IMG/VR virus record: IMGVR_UViG_3300020438_000007
Span: 166,740 to 230,739 of that record
Length of the DNA: 64,000 bases
Strand: one strand, 5' to 3'
The notes beneath the pieces were generated by a model. That model was not told the origin of the DNA and searched no databases. It saw nothing but the letters and a program-made list of their open reading frames with translations. A program made the translations under genes and the position numbers. Below, piece after piece: positions 15,446-26,551 of the stretch. Within the stretch, counting starts at the first letter, position 1, and each line of letters begins with the position of its first letter.

Positions 15446-17038
15446 ATGAACGAGAATTATTCTTTAGAAGAAGAACAAAAAGAATATGAGATAGAATCTA
15501 ATCCCGAACTGCAAAGGAATGAGTTAAATCCCTCTGTAGCAACGGTCATGTATTCACATGAGAAGGTCTATAAGACTCTTGCAACTGTTGGAGACTTTGT
15601 ATGTCATATTTGGTACTATGATGATAACTATGACCCTCAGAGATCCACTGAGGGGTCTAAGAGAATCCATATTGTACCTACTGACAATATTCTAAGGCAT
15701 GATACTGACAGTGAACTGGTAAACTACTGGTTTAACATTGCCAATGACAAGTGGCCTCAAGGTGTAATCTTTGTCAACCCTATCATAAGGAGAAATGGGG
15801 TTAAGTTTGTAAGCAACAGTGACCTTAGAGACTGTGTGAAGTATATGTCAGGTGTTGCTGCACACTATGATGCAAACTCTAGTGACATTGTGGCGATTGA
15901 TGTTGAAGACGGCAATAAAATGTATGAGATGAGTTATGATGTGTCCGCTTCTAAGATATACTCTGACGTATCAAACAACACCTATGATGACTTCACTTCA
16001 GGACCCCTTAGTGGTGGTAGTTTAAGTCTATCATACGATCAATCGTTTGGAAGTGGTCAGATCTCTATGAGTAGTCTTGCTGTTACACTAAGTGGTTCGT
16101 CTCCAGAAAATTTCAGTCAGTATTATAGAGGCAACAAAGTTGCAAATATATCTCAAAACAATAGTGTTCCCACTAGTGGCACTTTCTCATTCAGTCAGTT
16201 GAGAAACGTAACCACTGGTGTGACTGCTAATGCTAATGGAAATTGGATGCACCTACAAGCAAGATGGGAAGTATTTACTGGTGGAATATGGGAATCCAAT
16301 TTAAATAAGAGATTGAATGTAACTGGTAGTGTTGGAGGAGCGACTGACAACCCTGCACTGCGATTTAATGGTTCTGGCGCAGGCAAAATTGATGTATCTA
16401 TTTCGGGTGATGTGAGGGGAGTCTCTGGCACGCCTGGTTTGCAAGGTGTCGCAGGCCTTGGTAAACCTGGCGGAACTGCAAATAAGGCAATGCACGTTGC
16501 AAGTCCAATCAGGATGTCTAGTGGTGACCTAAACAGCAGAATCCGTGGCGGTGGCGGCGGAGGCGGCGGTGGCGGTGGTGGAGGTAAAGGTGGTGGCGGA
16601 GGTCACGGCGGAGGTAGAAGATGTAGAGGTTGGTTCTGTAATAGTTCCGAAAGAGTATGCCACAATAATGGTGGTCAAGGTGGTGCTGGTGGTAATGGAG
16701 GAATTGGTGGAGTAGGTGCTGGATATGTTTGGGCTGGATCTTATTTCGCAGCGCACTCTGGTAGTGCTGGATATGGTGGCCAAGGCGGTTCAGGCGGTAG
16801 TTCTAGAGGAGGTGGCCAAGGCGGAAATGGTGGTGGCGGCGGTAGAGGCGGCGGACATGAACAAAATGGCACTGCTGGTAACCAAGGTTCAAAAGGCGAT
16901 CGAGGCGAAAGAAACGAGGAAAGTTGCGGATATGCCGGCGATGGTAGACGTGGTGGACAAGGCAGTAATGGAGGCGCTGGAGGTGGTAATGCAGGTAAGT
17001 GGACAACTAGTGGTAGTGGAGGTATAACTAATATCTAA
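15446..17038 (+). CDS. glycine-rich tail-fibre/adhesin-like virion protein
   Basis: 530 aa; SGQISMSSL / VPTSGTFSFSQL fibre-type motif; C-terminal ~190 aa Gly-rich; late-type ATAAATA at 15414-15420. Confidence 0.65.
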   Translation: MNENYSLEEEQKEYEIESNPELQRNELNPSVATVMYSHEKVYKTLATVGDFVCHIWYYDDNYDPQRSTEGSKRIHIVPTDNILRHDTDSELVNYWFNIANDKWPQGVIFVNPIIRRNGVKFVSNSDLRDCVKYMSGVAAHYDANSSDIVAIDVEDGNKMYEMSYDVSASKIYSDVSNNTYDDFTSGPLSGGSLSLSYDQSFGSGQISMSSLAVTLSGSSPENFSQYYRGNKVANISQNNSVPTSGTFSFSQLRNVTTGVTANANGNWMHLQARWEVFTGGIWESNLNKRLNVTGSVGGATDNPALRFNGSGAGKIDVSISGDVRGVSGTPGLQGVAGLGKPGGTANKAMHVASPIRMSSGDLNSRIRGGGGGGGGGGGGGKGGGGGHGGGRRCRGWFCNSSERVCHNNGGQGGAGGNGGIGGVGAGYVWAGSYFAAHSGSAGYGGQGGSGGSSRGGGQGGNGGGGGRGGGHEQNGTAGNQGSKGDRGERNEESCGYAGDGRRGGQGSNGGAGGGNAGKWTTSGSGGITNI

Positions 17039-18006
17039 TCTAAACCATAAACTAATTCTAACTTAGTACCATCATGTCCAGCAGTGATAATGGTGGCACC
17101 ATGTACTGCTTTGGGTTGTTCTTCCCATGAAATTATCTCTTTCTGCCATTCTTCTGACATCCCATACCAATTGGTTGCACTAGTGGAAATGTTAGATACC
17201 GATGTTTTATGAGATTGATGTCTCTCCAAATAGACTCCAAAATTATCTTGGGCTGTTGTTCCCTCTGGAGCATCATATGAAAATGTTGTAGATAAAGCAT
17301 ATCCTATCTCTTTAACCAATCCAGTTGAATTGAATTCAATAAGAATTTCAACATCACTGTCACTGTCTATTACGAGTTGGTCAACCAACTTACTCACACC
17401 TTCAATATTCTGATATATCTTAGTGTTTGATCTAGTACCATATAATTTTAATAGATCCTCTGATATAGAGGTAGATTCTTTCAACAATCCTATTCTAATA
17501 GACTTATCTACTACACTAATATTCGCTGTAGATATTTCATAATCAAACTCATCAGGTTCTAACATCTTCAACACTTCTCTTAAAGATGATGTGTCAGTAT
17601 TACCTGTGACCTCAGTTGCAAGCTGACATAAGGCATCAATGGTAGGATCAATTAGAGCAGGCGATTCAAATGATAGTATCTCATTTGTCATCACATTATT
17701 CTTAAAGTATAAGAACTTATATTTGTTCATATATTTGAACAATACATTGTTACCCAAGCGTCCATCGAAGTACTCATACTGTTCAATACCTGTAGGAATA
17801 CTGTACTTAAATCCATACTTTGAGACTTCACCCTCAGACTTGATAAGTCCGATAGAATCATGAGCACTAGAGATTATCTCAGGATATATCTCTGACAGTT
17901 CTCTTATAGCATCAACATCCGCACTGTTAAACAGATTAGGGTATTTGGATATTGAACTTAAGTGTTCTAAATTAACCATTCTTTTCCTTTTTGGTAACTG
18001 AACCAA
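17035..18006 (-). CDS. hypothetical protein
   Basis: 323-aa ORF; likely start MVNLEHL. Confidence 0.75.
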   Translation of the reverse strand: MVQLPKRKRMVNLEHLSSISKYPNLFNSADVDAIRELSEIYPEIISSAHDSIGLIKSEGEVSKYGFKYSIPTGIEQYEYFDGRLGNNVLFKYMNKYKFLYFKNNVMTNEILSFESPALIDPTIDALCQLATEVTGNTDTSSLREVLKMLEPDEFDYEISTANISVVDKSIRIGLLKESTSISEDLLKLYGTRSNTKIYQNIEGVSKLVDQLVIDSDSDVEILIEFNSTGLVKEIGYALSTTFSYDAPEGTTAQDNFGVYLERHQSHKTSVSNISTSATNWYGMSEEWQKEIISWEEQPKAVHGATIITAGHDGTKLELVYGLD

Positions 18007-18548
18007 GTGATAACAGAATATCTTTCACCTTTTGTCACAGGTTTGACCTCGTGTATGAACAAGTGATTACTTGGATATACATGAACAGAGTTGCTTTCAG
18101 ATATCATATTATGATTACCCCAAAAACAAATATTGCCGCCCTCATAATCATCATTGATAGTATATGATGTGGTTACTGAACCAGCATCAGCATCAACGTC
18201 TGTGTGAGGAGATAGATAACCGCCTTCTGGATACTTACATAACCAGTATCCTGAGTATTTATCGTATATTGGGTCTGTTGGTAATGTGCCTTTGTAATCA
18301 TTGTATATTGCAGGCATCAATCTAATGTGTGCCTTGTGAATCAAATCAAATATCTTTCCATGCTCAGGTTCTATCAACATTTGTGACCTGTAACCTTTCA
18401 AGTTATAGTATGAAGTAGGAGGAGGATTGTCTGGTTCAGGCCAATCTAATCCTTTAACGAGTTCGAGCAATCGTCTATGATCGACTGTAGAAAGAACATT
18501 CCCATGATGAAAGATATAGTGAAGTAGTCCTTTTGTTTCATTCAGCAT
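17967..18548 (-). CDS. prolyl-4-hydroxylase-like 2OG-Fe(II) oxygenase
   Basis: KYPEGGYLSPHTD...INDDYEGG...YPSN.LFIHEVKPVTKGERYS. Confidence 0.9.
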   Translation of the reverse strand: MLNETKGLLHYIFHHGNVLSTVDHRRLLELVKGLDWPEPDNPPPTSYYNLKGYRSQMLIEPEHGKIFDLIHKAHIRLMPAIYNDYKGTLPTDPIYDKYSGYWLCKYPEGGYLSPHTDVDADAGSVTTSYTINDDYEGGNICFWGNHNMISESNSVHVYPSNHLFIHEVKPVTKGERYSVITWFSYQKGKEWLI

Positions 18549-19305
18549 TGATATCTACGTTTAACGAGTCTGCAAATATAAATCCCGACAACGATGTTCT
18601 AGGCGTATCCTTATACCACCCCTTCTTCATTATTGCACTGTGCCACATGTATGAAGGATATATTATCAACCTATTGAATTTCATGGGAACATGATATTCT
18701 TCTTCCCATACATCTTCAATGAGCATTGTATCATTATCTATCATATCAGTTGCTTTATCAGAAAAATCATAGAACCACTCTTTCAAATTCCAATACTCTT
18801 CCGTTCTTTTAAATGGTTTATGTATGTTTTCAGTATTAGTTAGACCAGTTGCCTTGTGTTTAAAAAATGAGGTTCCACCTTGTCCATCATTCAAATATAA
18901 TACTGTTGCATATACTGCTGGGTCAATGTGTGGTTGCACCGATACCCTAGGCACTTGTCTGTCACTAAACATTGAATTGACCTGATATGACACTTTCGCA
19001 TAATTAGTATCAATATTCTCAAATTCTGTACACTTCTCAATCATATGAAAAATAAGTTTACTCAACTCTGGCAGTTCAATGAATAACCTAGACTGATAGC
19101 CTGGGAATACCTCATCGGGTTCACCCCTGCTGTCTAGATCATTATATTGCATAGGCAATTTCTCCACCACCTCACTAATGAAGTCATGGGGATTCTCCAG
19201 CACGTCATCAATTATGATTACTGGATGTGATTCTACTCTGGATACTTCATACTTTACTTCATCATTGACTCTGTGAGTCTCGTCATTAACAATGTTCAAA
19301 TTCAT
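18538..19305 (-). CDS. DUF6445-like 2OG-Fe(II) oxygenase-fold protein
   Basis: IIIDDVLENP...FPGYQ...PHID...VLYLN..GGTSFF...FNRLIIYPS..WHS. Confidence 0.75.
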   Translation of the reverse strand: MNLNIVNDETHRVNDEVKYEVSRVESHPVIIIDDVLENPHDFISEVVEKLPMQYNDLDSRGEPDEVFPGYQSRLFIELPELSKLIFHMIEKCTEFENIDTNYAKVSYQVNSMFSDRQVPRVSVQPHIDPAVYATVLYLNDGQGGTSFFKHKATGLTNTENIHKPFKRTEEYWNLKEWFYDFSDKATDMIDNDTMLIEDVWEEEYHVPMKFNRLIIYPSYMWHSAIMKKGWYKDTPRTSLSGFIFADSLNVDINAE

Positions 19306-19308
19306 GGT

Positions 19309-19524
19309 TTATAATTGTAGGTTGTATTCAGCAATCATGGCGAACATCTTACTTTGTATATGTTCTAGGTATGATTTGTTGATTGGCGGTATATCCTCAA
19401 ATGTATTAAGATAATCGGTGACAGTGTGATGAAGTATTCTTACCTCTTCAATTCCCATCACCGCCTCACAATGCCAATCACCATCATGAAACTCTTCTGG
19501 TAACCACTCTTCAGGACTTTCCAT
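19309..19524 (-). CDS. hypothetical protein
   Basis: Internal start MESPEEW of the track ORF, overlapping the fibre stop. Confidence 0.65.
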   Translation of the reverse strand: MESPEEWLPEEFHDGDWHCEAVMGIEEVRILHHTVTDYLNTFEDIPPINKSYLEHIQSKMFAMIAEYNLQL

Positions 19525-22500
19525 ATCCACCAGTCTTAAGACTTTCAATTTCATCTTTGAGTTCTTTGATTGCCTCAATCAGTACTGGGACTAACTTCTC
19601 ATATTTAACAGTTAAGTAATTGTCATTTTCTCGTTTAACAACTGCCTCTGGGAAGACCTTTTCTACCTCTTGTGCAGATACGCCGAGGTGTCTACCTTTT
19701 GGTAATCTAAGTTCTCTACCTGTCTCATTAAACTCATATGTAAATCCTCTAAGTTCACATACCTTAGCAACAGCACCTTCAATCTGTTCAAGATTCTGTT
19801 TCAATCTCATGTCAGATGCGAAGGCAGTGATGTCTCCACCAACTGATAGGTTATTGCTACTAGCATTGAATGTTAATCCACCATCTGCCTGTAGTGATTG
19901 ATTACCACTTGAACCACCAAGAATAACATTCTTGCTACCAGATGCACCTCCAATATTAACTTGTGATGCGGAAGCAGCGTTACCAGTGATATTACCACTG
20001 ATACTACTAGCACTAAGGGCAGAAACCGATAAGGTAGTTCCATCAAATGTAAAGTTAGAACTAGATGTAGTGTTGTTGCTTGAAGTGTTATAAGGAACTC
20101 TATTTGCACCAATAGCAATGTTGCTTGCTACTGTTGCAGTATCAGCGTTACCAGCGAATCCACCAGCAGCAGTGAATGTTCCAGTAACCGTTAAGTTATT
20201 AATACTAGAAGAACCAGTGATAGTCGCATCAGCACCTGTGATTCCATCAGGGAAGGCACCAGCACCACCTTGGAAGATACCAGTTGCAGTAATGTCCTTG
20301 ACTTTAGTACTACCATTGGAGTCTCTACCCATGATAGATGCACCACTTGTCCAGTTACTATCAATCATTGATAGTCCATCAAGTAAGTCAGCGTTCAAGT
20401 TTACACACTTAATAGTTGATGATGTCTTAATAGGTGGTACGTTTGTTGCAATAGATTCAAACTGGAATGACTTAATTTGTCCAGCAGGACCTGCATCAAT
20501 ACTCATGTTTGAATTACCACCAGCACTCAGAGCGGTAATAATACCAACGTCAGCGGTGATCTTAGGAGCAGCAAGTCCGTCACCACCAGGCGACATATTG
20601 ATTCTCGCCATTGTCATAGCGAAACCAGTGATACAAGTATAAAGACCAGCGTTAGCAAAGATAGTTAACTGTTCTGACTCTACGCCAGGATTAGGACCAT
20701 ACTTACTACCAATATATCTGGTAAGCATACCATCAGAGTCAACATCATTCGAGAAGTATGCGTCAGGTCCGATTAAGTCATCAGTAAATGTGATGTCTGT
20801 AGATGTAAGTTGATCAATGTTTGCAATTTCAATGTCAGCAGAACCAGTGTTAGGAACTATTAAGTTAGTAATTGTGGCGTTAGTGACTGTCTCGTTAGCA
20901 ATAGTCGCACTGTTTGTTACTTCTAAGTTAGTAGTAATACCTGTGAATACTCTGTTCTCATTGACATATTGTGTGCCCACATGAGATAGAGTTGTAATAC
21001 CAATGTCAGCATACAATCCGTTAGTAACTACACCAACTGTGACGTTCAGATCAGTAATAATACCAGCAGTTGCATACAAATCTTTCTTAACCGAAAGTGT
21101 ATCAATACCAGCGTTGATAGCATTAACAAATGTACCATTGAATGTACCACCTTCACACTCTAAGTTACCAACCTCAAGTGTGCCTGTGATTGTACTTACA
21201 CCTGAGAATGTGGACTTATAAGGTCCCTCAATGTGAATTGCAGATGCAGGCTTGAAGGTTACATAAGTACCAACAAATTCTGCATTGTAAAGTCTAGATG
21301 TACCAGCCTCATGTACCTGTGTATAGAAACCATGTTGTTCCCAAGGGATTCCGTCATAAGAAATACCACCTGTAGTGTTATATCCCCAGAAGTTTGCGTT
21401 CTTCTTGATGACCAATGTGTCATAAGACACACCAGCAAATGACTGGTTAGCAGCGAAGGTAACGATACCTGACACAAACAAGTCTTTGATCTTGGCAACA
21501 CCATTGACCTCAAATGAATCCTTGAAGTTAAATATACCAACACCAGACTGTCCAATACCAATCTGATCAAACCTATAGAATGATCTGTCTCTCTCCTGTG
21601 AAACTGCACCAAATCTTCTCCACTCACCCTCTGCAAAGATATGACCTAAGTATCCACCAGCGTTAGGAACACCAACGAATGAAATATCACCTGATCTTGC
21701 AGCAGTTAATGGTGTAGAGATACCAACTGTGAACACTTTACCCTGTGGGGCATCTCCTCTAAGAGATAGGTTTACAGTCTCAATACCATCTGCGGAAGTG
21801 TTGGTAAGTTTCTCTGTCATGTTGACAGGACCATAGAACTGTGATGTCCTATTGTTATTGTCTCCACCCTCAACTGTGAGTGATTCTCTAATCAATACTT
21901 CATCAAATACACCTGATGCTCTCTTGATTGTCTCTGCTTCAGCATCGTCACCAACATAGGTGAACACTGGCGCTTCAAGAACTTCCTCTTCACCTGTAAT
22001 AGATGATAACTTCTTATATCCTGTGAAGAAGTCTCCAGAGTCGTTCATACCAGTATAAACAACTGTACCACCGTCTAGTTCTTTCTTCTGAGCAGATAAT
22101 GTCTCTTGATCTGAAAGAACTCTATCCTGTTTCTGTGGTAATGATGTTGAGTAGTTTCCTGATCCGTAACCAAGATATTCAAACGTATGACCAGATGCAC
22201 GAAGAATCGAAGGTCTACGAAGTTCCATAGCGAGAACCTTGATCTTCTTGATCGTAGTTCCTGTTATGGCAGATGATGCCAGTGTACCAAACTGACCTCT
22301 AAGAATATTATTAATGTTGTCAGAGGTGAATCTTACGACTTCACCATTGATCATACAGTAGTCTCCTCTTCTGAATCCTTCAGTAGATGAGAGTGTGATG
22401 GTAGTATCAGTAGATGTCAGTGGGGCATTGATTGTGGTAGAAATACCTGTATAGAAGTATGAAGATCTACCAGCAAGATTATTCTCACCAGCACTCAATG

Positions 22501-25500
22501 ACTTACCGTTTGCAGATATACCAGTACCAAACAGTCTGTTGGAAACTAGTGAGTATGATGTATCAATACCAGCAGTGATGATACCAACGTTGAAAGTAAT
22601 ACTTCTAAGTGGTAAACCATCCTCTACACCTTGAACAACTAACTTCCTATCATCAAATAGTGGGTTTCCAGTTCCTTGAATAACAAATGCGTTACCAGCC
22701 ACAAGTGCGTGGTTGTCATCTGTTCTGAGTGTTGAAATTCCTGTCTCTTTAGAGACATCAATATAAGTAACACCAACACCAATGTTTGCTAAGTGATATG
22801 TTGGAACTCTTCTATCGTCTCTATCTGTGAAGTATGGGTCAAGATTTCTCGAAGTTCCAATCTCAACAGAAATAGACTTGGATGAAGGAACATCAACAAT
22901 TTTAAATGTACCGTTTAACTTAGGATCTTCAAAACCAGAGAGGTTCAATCCATCTCCTATATTTGTGAAGATAGATGTAACTGACACCACACCAGCGACA
23001 CTAGGAGCGCCAGCAGGGAATGAAGATACAGTCATGGTATTACCGATACCATATCCACAACCACCATCTAATAGTGATGCACCAGTAATAGTACCAGCAG
23101 CTGAGACTGTGATTTTAGCAGAAGCATTTCTACCAATCAGAGCAGAGTTCTCAAGGTCTGCAGCGTAGATTACAGTTGAAATACCTGATCCATTGTTGTA
23201 TCCAGCGCCAGGATTAACAACACTCAAACCCTTAACAGAGTTGAAGTTATGTTCAACTTCGGTGAATAGAGTAACAGTTGTATTACCTGTACCAGTAATT
23301 ATCGCGCCAGTAGCAGCAAAACCTACCTGTTGCCCCTGCATGAAGTACCCAAGAGACTCTTTGGTGATAGATCTCTTCTTATCACTAGTGATAACTTCAC
23401 CAATAACTGCGGCACTAGCATGAGTGATAGTGGGTTCTGGATCAGACTCGTAGTTGTCTCTATCTTGTTGTGGATATAGATTTCTTACGTCTTGTTGGAA
23501 AGACTTAGTAGATACACCAAATCCAAGATCCTTATCAAGTGGAATAGATGCACAAACCATAGTGATGTTGTACACACCGTCTTGTCCAGATGTGCCAGGT
23601 ACATGAGGTTTGTTCTCTTGTACTCTGTAAACTGTGAAACTATCAACTGCCTTTGATCTTTGAACTGTAGGTAGCGATTCAATCTGTTGTTGAGTAGTTC
23701 TCTGGTTTACCTGATTAAGGAACAGGCCTGGATCTGTACTGATACCAGTGACAGTGAACTTCTTAGTTGAAATAACATTATCAACACCAAACTCACCATT
23801 ATATCCTAACTTGAATGTTCCTAGACTATTGTTGACACTATCAATGTTCCTGATAGTAACAGTGTCTCCTTTCTGTAGTCTATGTGGTTCTTCAGTTGTA
23901 AATGAAATAGTCTGAGCATTATAAGTTGCCGTCTTAACAATTTTGACGTTCTTAAGTTGAGTTGGATTACTTAAGTCTGCACTCAAGAATGATGCACTAC
24001 TTACACCAACTGTCTTAGACTCTTGTAGAATGAAACCAGGCTTAGGAGCACGAGCATTGATATGTTCTTTTGGAATAACATATCTAATTCTATAGAGTCT
24101 GTCGAGTAGAGATCTATTATCAACTCTTCTCTTGAGGAATGTAGTTCCTGTTTCCTCTCCAATCACACCAACACCGATAGTATTGATAGCAGAGAAGATA
24201 GTATTATCAGCAGTGCTTGAAGAACCAGTTAGATACCAACCACCAACTGTGTTAGGAATACTATTAATGGTATAAGTACTCTCATCAAACTGCATTGGGT
24301 GGCCTGGATCGCCAGGATTCTTGTCCGATACAGTAGATCTTATTCTTAACTTACCACCACCATTAGAAATACCAGTAATAGGTCGTCTAGAAGCAGCATC
24401 GTTAAATGTAGATGCTAACTGAATTCTGTCTGCAGCGAGTGTACCACCAGAGATTGCAAAGTAAATCTTATCATTGAAGATACCACTTGGAGTTTCACCA
24501 GTATTACTGAATACTCTGACTTTCTCACCATTTACAAGTTGATGAGCGGTCTTGAACTGGAATACGTTAGAAATAATGGCGTTGACACCAGAGTTTCTAA
24601 TAACCTCATACTCTTTGAATCCAGAAGTTCCGATACCACTAGGAACTTGCATAAAGACAGGAGACTGATAAGTCTCTTGTACTGCCTGTCCAGATAGAGT
24701 ATTAACTAAACTTAGGAATAGTGTATCGTTATTTCTTGCACCAACTTTGAATGAATCAATCTCTGCTGGAGGAACAATCTCTTGGTTGTTATAACCAAAC
24801 AGATAGAATCTATCAGTTACACCAACACCAATGGTTTTTCTAGTATCAATGGTCAACCAAGATACAGTAGAGTCCTCTCTTGTAATCTCTCTTGGTGGAA
24901 TGACGTGAGTGATATAACCAACATCATCTCTGTCGAATGAGTCTGGACGGAAACCTGTAGACTCAAGAGCAGTTTGTCCAAAGTTGGAGTTAGAGTTGGT
25001 AATTGATGCGTCACCGCCTCGTTCTGCATGGAAGTGACGAGCATACGCAATAGCGAACACAGAAACCAACTGAATAACAGAGTTATTCCTAGTCCTCATG
25101 TGAGAGGTTTCAAAATTTGGTTTGTATATCGCCCTTGAGTTAGAGTGTAGTGGTTTATCTGACTCTGATACTGTAGTAGTATCGTTGAATATTGCAGTTG
25201 TAGGGTTGTAAAGTATGAAAGCGTTGTCGTCTTTCTGAATTGAGATACCAGTGAACTGAGCACAAACCATAGATTTGAAACCAGTTGCCTTGTCACCATC
25301 ACAATCCAATCCGTTCATACCGAACACTGATCGGAGTGATACGTTAAAGATGTATGGAGAAGCAGATCCAACAGTATCAGACTCAACTACAATACTAGAG
25401 TTCTGAATTTCTTGTGCAGTTGGTAGTGCATTACTAGGAACATTTGGTGTCTGAACTGTGAACTGAGTACTACTTGAAACTTCATCTACAAGGAACGAAC

Positions 25501-26494
25501 CATTGTAGGAGTTGATTGCAGTTGTAATACCAGCAATTAAAACAGGAGTATCTTTAAATAGTCCATGTGCCTTGTTAGTCTCAATGGTCAGAGTTGCCGT
25601 TGGTGTATTACCATCACCCGCTCTGATAGATGTAACACCAACTGGATCTGCTTGTAAATCACCAACAATTCTAAATTCATCAACACTTGGTTCAAAATCA
25701 TCAAATGTAGGATAGTTTCCAACTGGTCTACCAGATGAGTCTCCGTATGCCTTTGCAACCTTGAAGTAGAACATATCAAGGTCTGTCAATGTACTATCTG
25801 TACCATCGATCAAGACGTTGTTTACACCATCAGCATAAGTAAATGTTGCTAACTTGTGGTGTGAATATGAAGGAGTTTTTCTGTTACTATCATAGTCATA
25901 GTATGCAGTCTTGGTGATATCTGCATCAAAAATAGTGAATGCCGTAAAGTAACAAGTACCAGTAACTCTAAGAACACCACCATATTCCATATCATCATTC
26001 AGAGGATCTGGAACATAAAGAGGTCTAAGTTTGGTTTTACGAAGATCCAAACCAATGATAGATGTACCACGAGGCATGATAGCACCACCTTCGGTACTAT
26101 TATACTTGTACAGTTCGTTATTAGGATCTAAAACATCAAAGTTTGTTTCAGTTGTAAACTGTTCTAATGAAGTTACTTCATATCCAGCGTTCTTTCTGCA
26201 CTTAAATTCTGCGTTGCCACCATTATTTGTGACAGTAAATCCAGGCCTGTTATCAATGTAGTGTACGCCAGGATATGCTAAGATAGTTGTTCTGTCTATC
26301 TTATCGTTATTTTTACCAACCTGATATGAAAATCTTGCAGCCTCAATCAGTGCCCTCTGAATCGTCTTGAAGGGTCTTGTCTGAGAGTTACCTCGGTTTT
26401 CAATACTATCAGTAGCGTCAAAGTCACTTGGGTTTACATAGAGTATATTACCCTCAGCGTTCTTTAGAAAGTTTTCTAATCTTGATAGAGGCAT
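19511..26494 (-). CDS. giant tail fibre / virion structural protein with C-terminal peptidase S74 intramolecular chaperone
   Basis: 2327 aa; MPLSRLENFL...RPFKTIQRALIE N-terminus; GIGVT/GIST repeats; ASDMRLKQN...YEKLVPVLIEAIKEL (S74); late promoter CTAAATA 26527-26533. Confidence 0.9.
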   Translation of the reverse strand: MPLSRLENFLKNAEGNILYVNPSDFDATDSIENRGNSQTRPFKTIQRALIEAARFSYQVGKNNDKIDRTTILAYPGVHYIDNRPGFTVTNNGGNAEFKCRKNAGYEVTSLEQFTTETNFDVLDPNNELYKYNSTEGGAIMPRGTSIIGLDLRKTKLRPLYVPDPLNDDMEYGGVLRVTGTCYFTAFTIFDADITKTAYYDYDSNRKTPSYSHHKLATFTYADGVNNVLIDGTDSTLTDLDMFYFKVAKAYGDSSGRPVGNYPTFDDFEPSVDEFRIVGDLQADPVGVTSIRAGDGNTPTATLTIETNKAHGLFKDTPVLIAGITTAINSYNGSFLVDEVSSSTQFTVQTPNVPSNALPTAQEIQNSSIVVESDTVGSASPYIFNVSLRSVFGMNGLDCDGDKATGFKSMVCAQFTGISIQKDDNAFILYNPTTAIFNDTTTVSESDKPLHSNSRAIYKPNFETSHMRTRNNSVIQLVSVFAIAYARHFHAERGGDASITNSNSNFGQTALESTGFRPDSFDRDDVGYITHVIPPREITREDSTVSWLTIDTRKTIGVGVTDRFYLFGYNNQEIVPPAEIDSFKVGARNNDTLFLSLVNTLSGQAVQETYQSPVFMQVPSGIGTSGFKEYEVIRNSGVNAIISNVFQFKTAHQLVNGEKVRVFSNTGETPSGIFNDKIYFAISGGTLAADRIQLASTFNDAASRRPITGISNGGGKLRIRSTVSDKNPGDPGHPMQFDESTYTINSIPNTVGGWYLTGSSSTADNTIFSAINTIGVGVIGEETGTTFLKRRVDNRSLLDRLYRIRYVIPKEHINARAPKPGFILQESKTVGVSSASFLSADLSNPTQLKNVKIVKTATYNAQTISFTTEEPHRLQKGDTVTIRNIDSVNNSLGTFKLGYNGEFGVDNVISTKKFTVTGISTDPGLFLNQVNQRTTQQQIESLPTVQRSKAVDSFTVYRVQENKPHVPGTSGQDGVYNITMVCASIPLDKDLGFGVSTKSFQQDVRNLYPQQDRDNYESDPEPTITHASAAVIGEVITSDKKRSITKESLGYFMQGQQVGFAATGAIITGTGNTTVTLFTEVEHNFNSVKGLSVVNPGAGYNNGSGISTVIYAADLENSALIGRNASAKITVSAAGTITGASLLDGGCGYGIGNTMTVSSFPAGAPSVAGVVSVTSIFTNIGDGLNLSGFEDPKLNGTFKIVDVPSSKSISVEIGTSRNLDPYFTDRDDRRVPTYHLANIGVGVTYIDVSKETGISTLRTDDNHALVAGNAFVIQGTGNPLFDDRKLVVQGVEDGLPLRSITFNVGIITAGIDTSYSLVSNRLFGTGISANGKSLSAGENNLAGRSSYFYTGISTTINAPLTSTDTTITLSSTEGFRRGDYCMINGEVVRFTSDNINNILRGQFGTLASSAITGTTIKKIKVLAMELRRPSILRASGHTFEYLGYGSGNYSTSLPQKQDRVLSDQETLSAQKKELDGGTVVYTGMNDSGDFFTGYKKLSSITGEEEVLEAPVFTYVGDDAEAETIKRASGVFDEVLIRESLTVEGGDNNNRTSQFYGPVNMTEKLTNTSADGIETVNLSLRGDAPQGKVFTVGISTPLTAARSGDISFVGVPNAGGYLGHIFAEGEWRRFGAVSQERDRSFYRFDQIGIGQSGVGIFNFKDSFEVNGVAKIKDLFVSGIVTFAANQSFAGVSYDTLVIKKNANFWGYNTTGGISYDGIPWEQHGFYTQVHEAGTSRLYNAEFVGTYVTFKPASAIHIEGPYKSTFSGVSTITGTLEVGNLECEGGTFNGTFVNAINAGIDTLSVKKDLYATAGIITDLNVTVGVVTNGLYADIGITTLSHVGTQYVNENRVFTGITTNLEVTNSATIANETVTNATITNLIVPNTGSADIEIANIDQLTSTDITFTDDLIGPDAYFSNDVDSDGMLTRYIGSKYGPNPGVESEQLTIFANAGLYTCITGFAMTMARINMSPGGDGLAAPKITADVGIITALSAGGNSNMSIDAGPAGQIKSFQFESIATNVPPIKTSSTIKCVNLNADLLDGLSMIDSNWTSGASIMGRDSNGSTKVKDITATGIFQGGAGAFPDGITGADATITGSSSINNLTVTGTFTAAGGFAGNADTATVASNIAIGANRVPYNTSSNNTTSSSNFTFDGTTLSVSALSASSISGNITGNAASASQVNIGGASGSKNVILGGSSGNQSLQADGGLTFNASSNNLSVGGDITAFASDMRLKQNLEQIEGAVAKVCELRGFTYEFNETGRELRLPKGRHLGVSAQEVEKVFPEAVVKRENDNYLTVKYEKLVPVLIEAIKELKDEIESLKTGGYGKS

Positions 26495-26551
26495 CGCACC
26501 AACAACCTATAAAATTTCTTCTAACCTATTTAGACAGGATCAAATGACTAT

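Noticed and set aside
16540-17030. Gly-rich region as a collagen triple helix or a sequencing artefact
   Set aside because: No sustained G-X-Y periodicity with Pro; Gly codons are varied (GGT/GGC/GGA), so it is not a homopolymer error.
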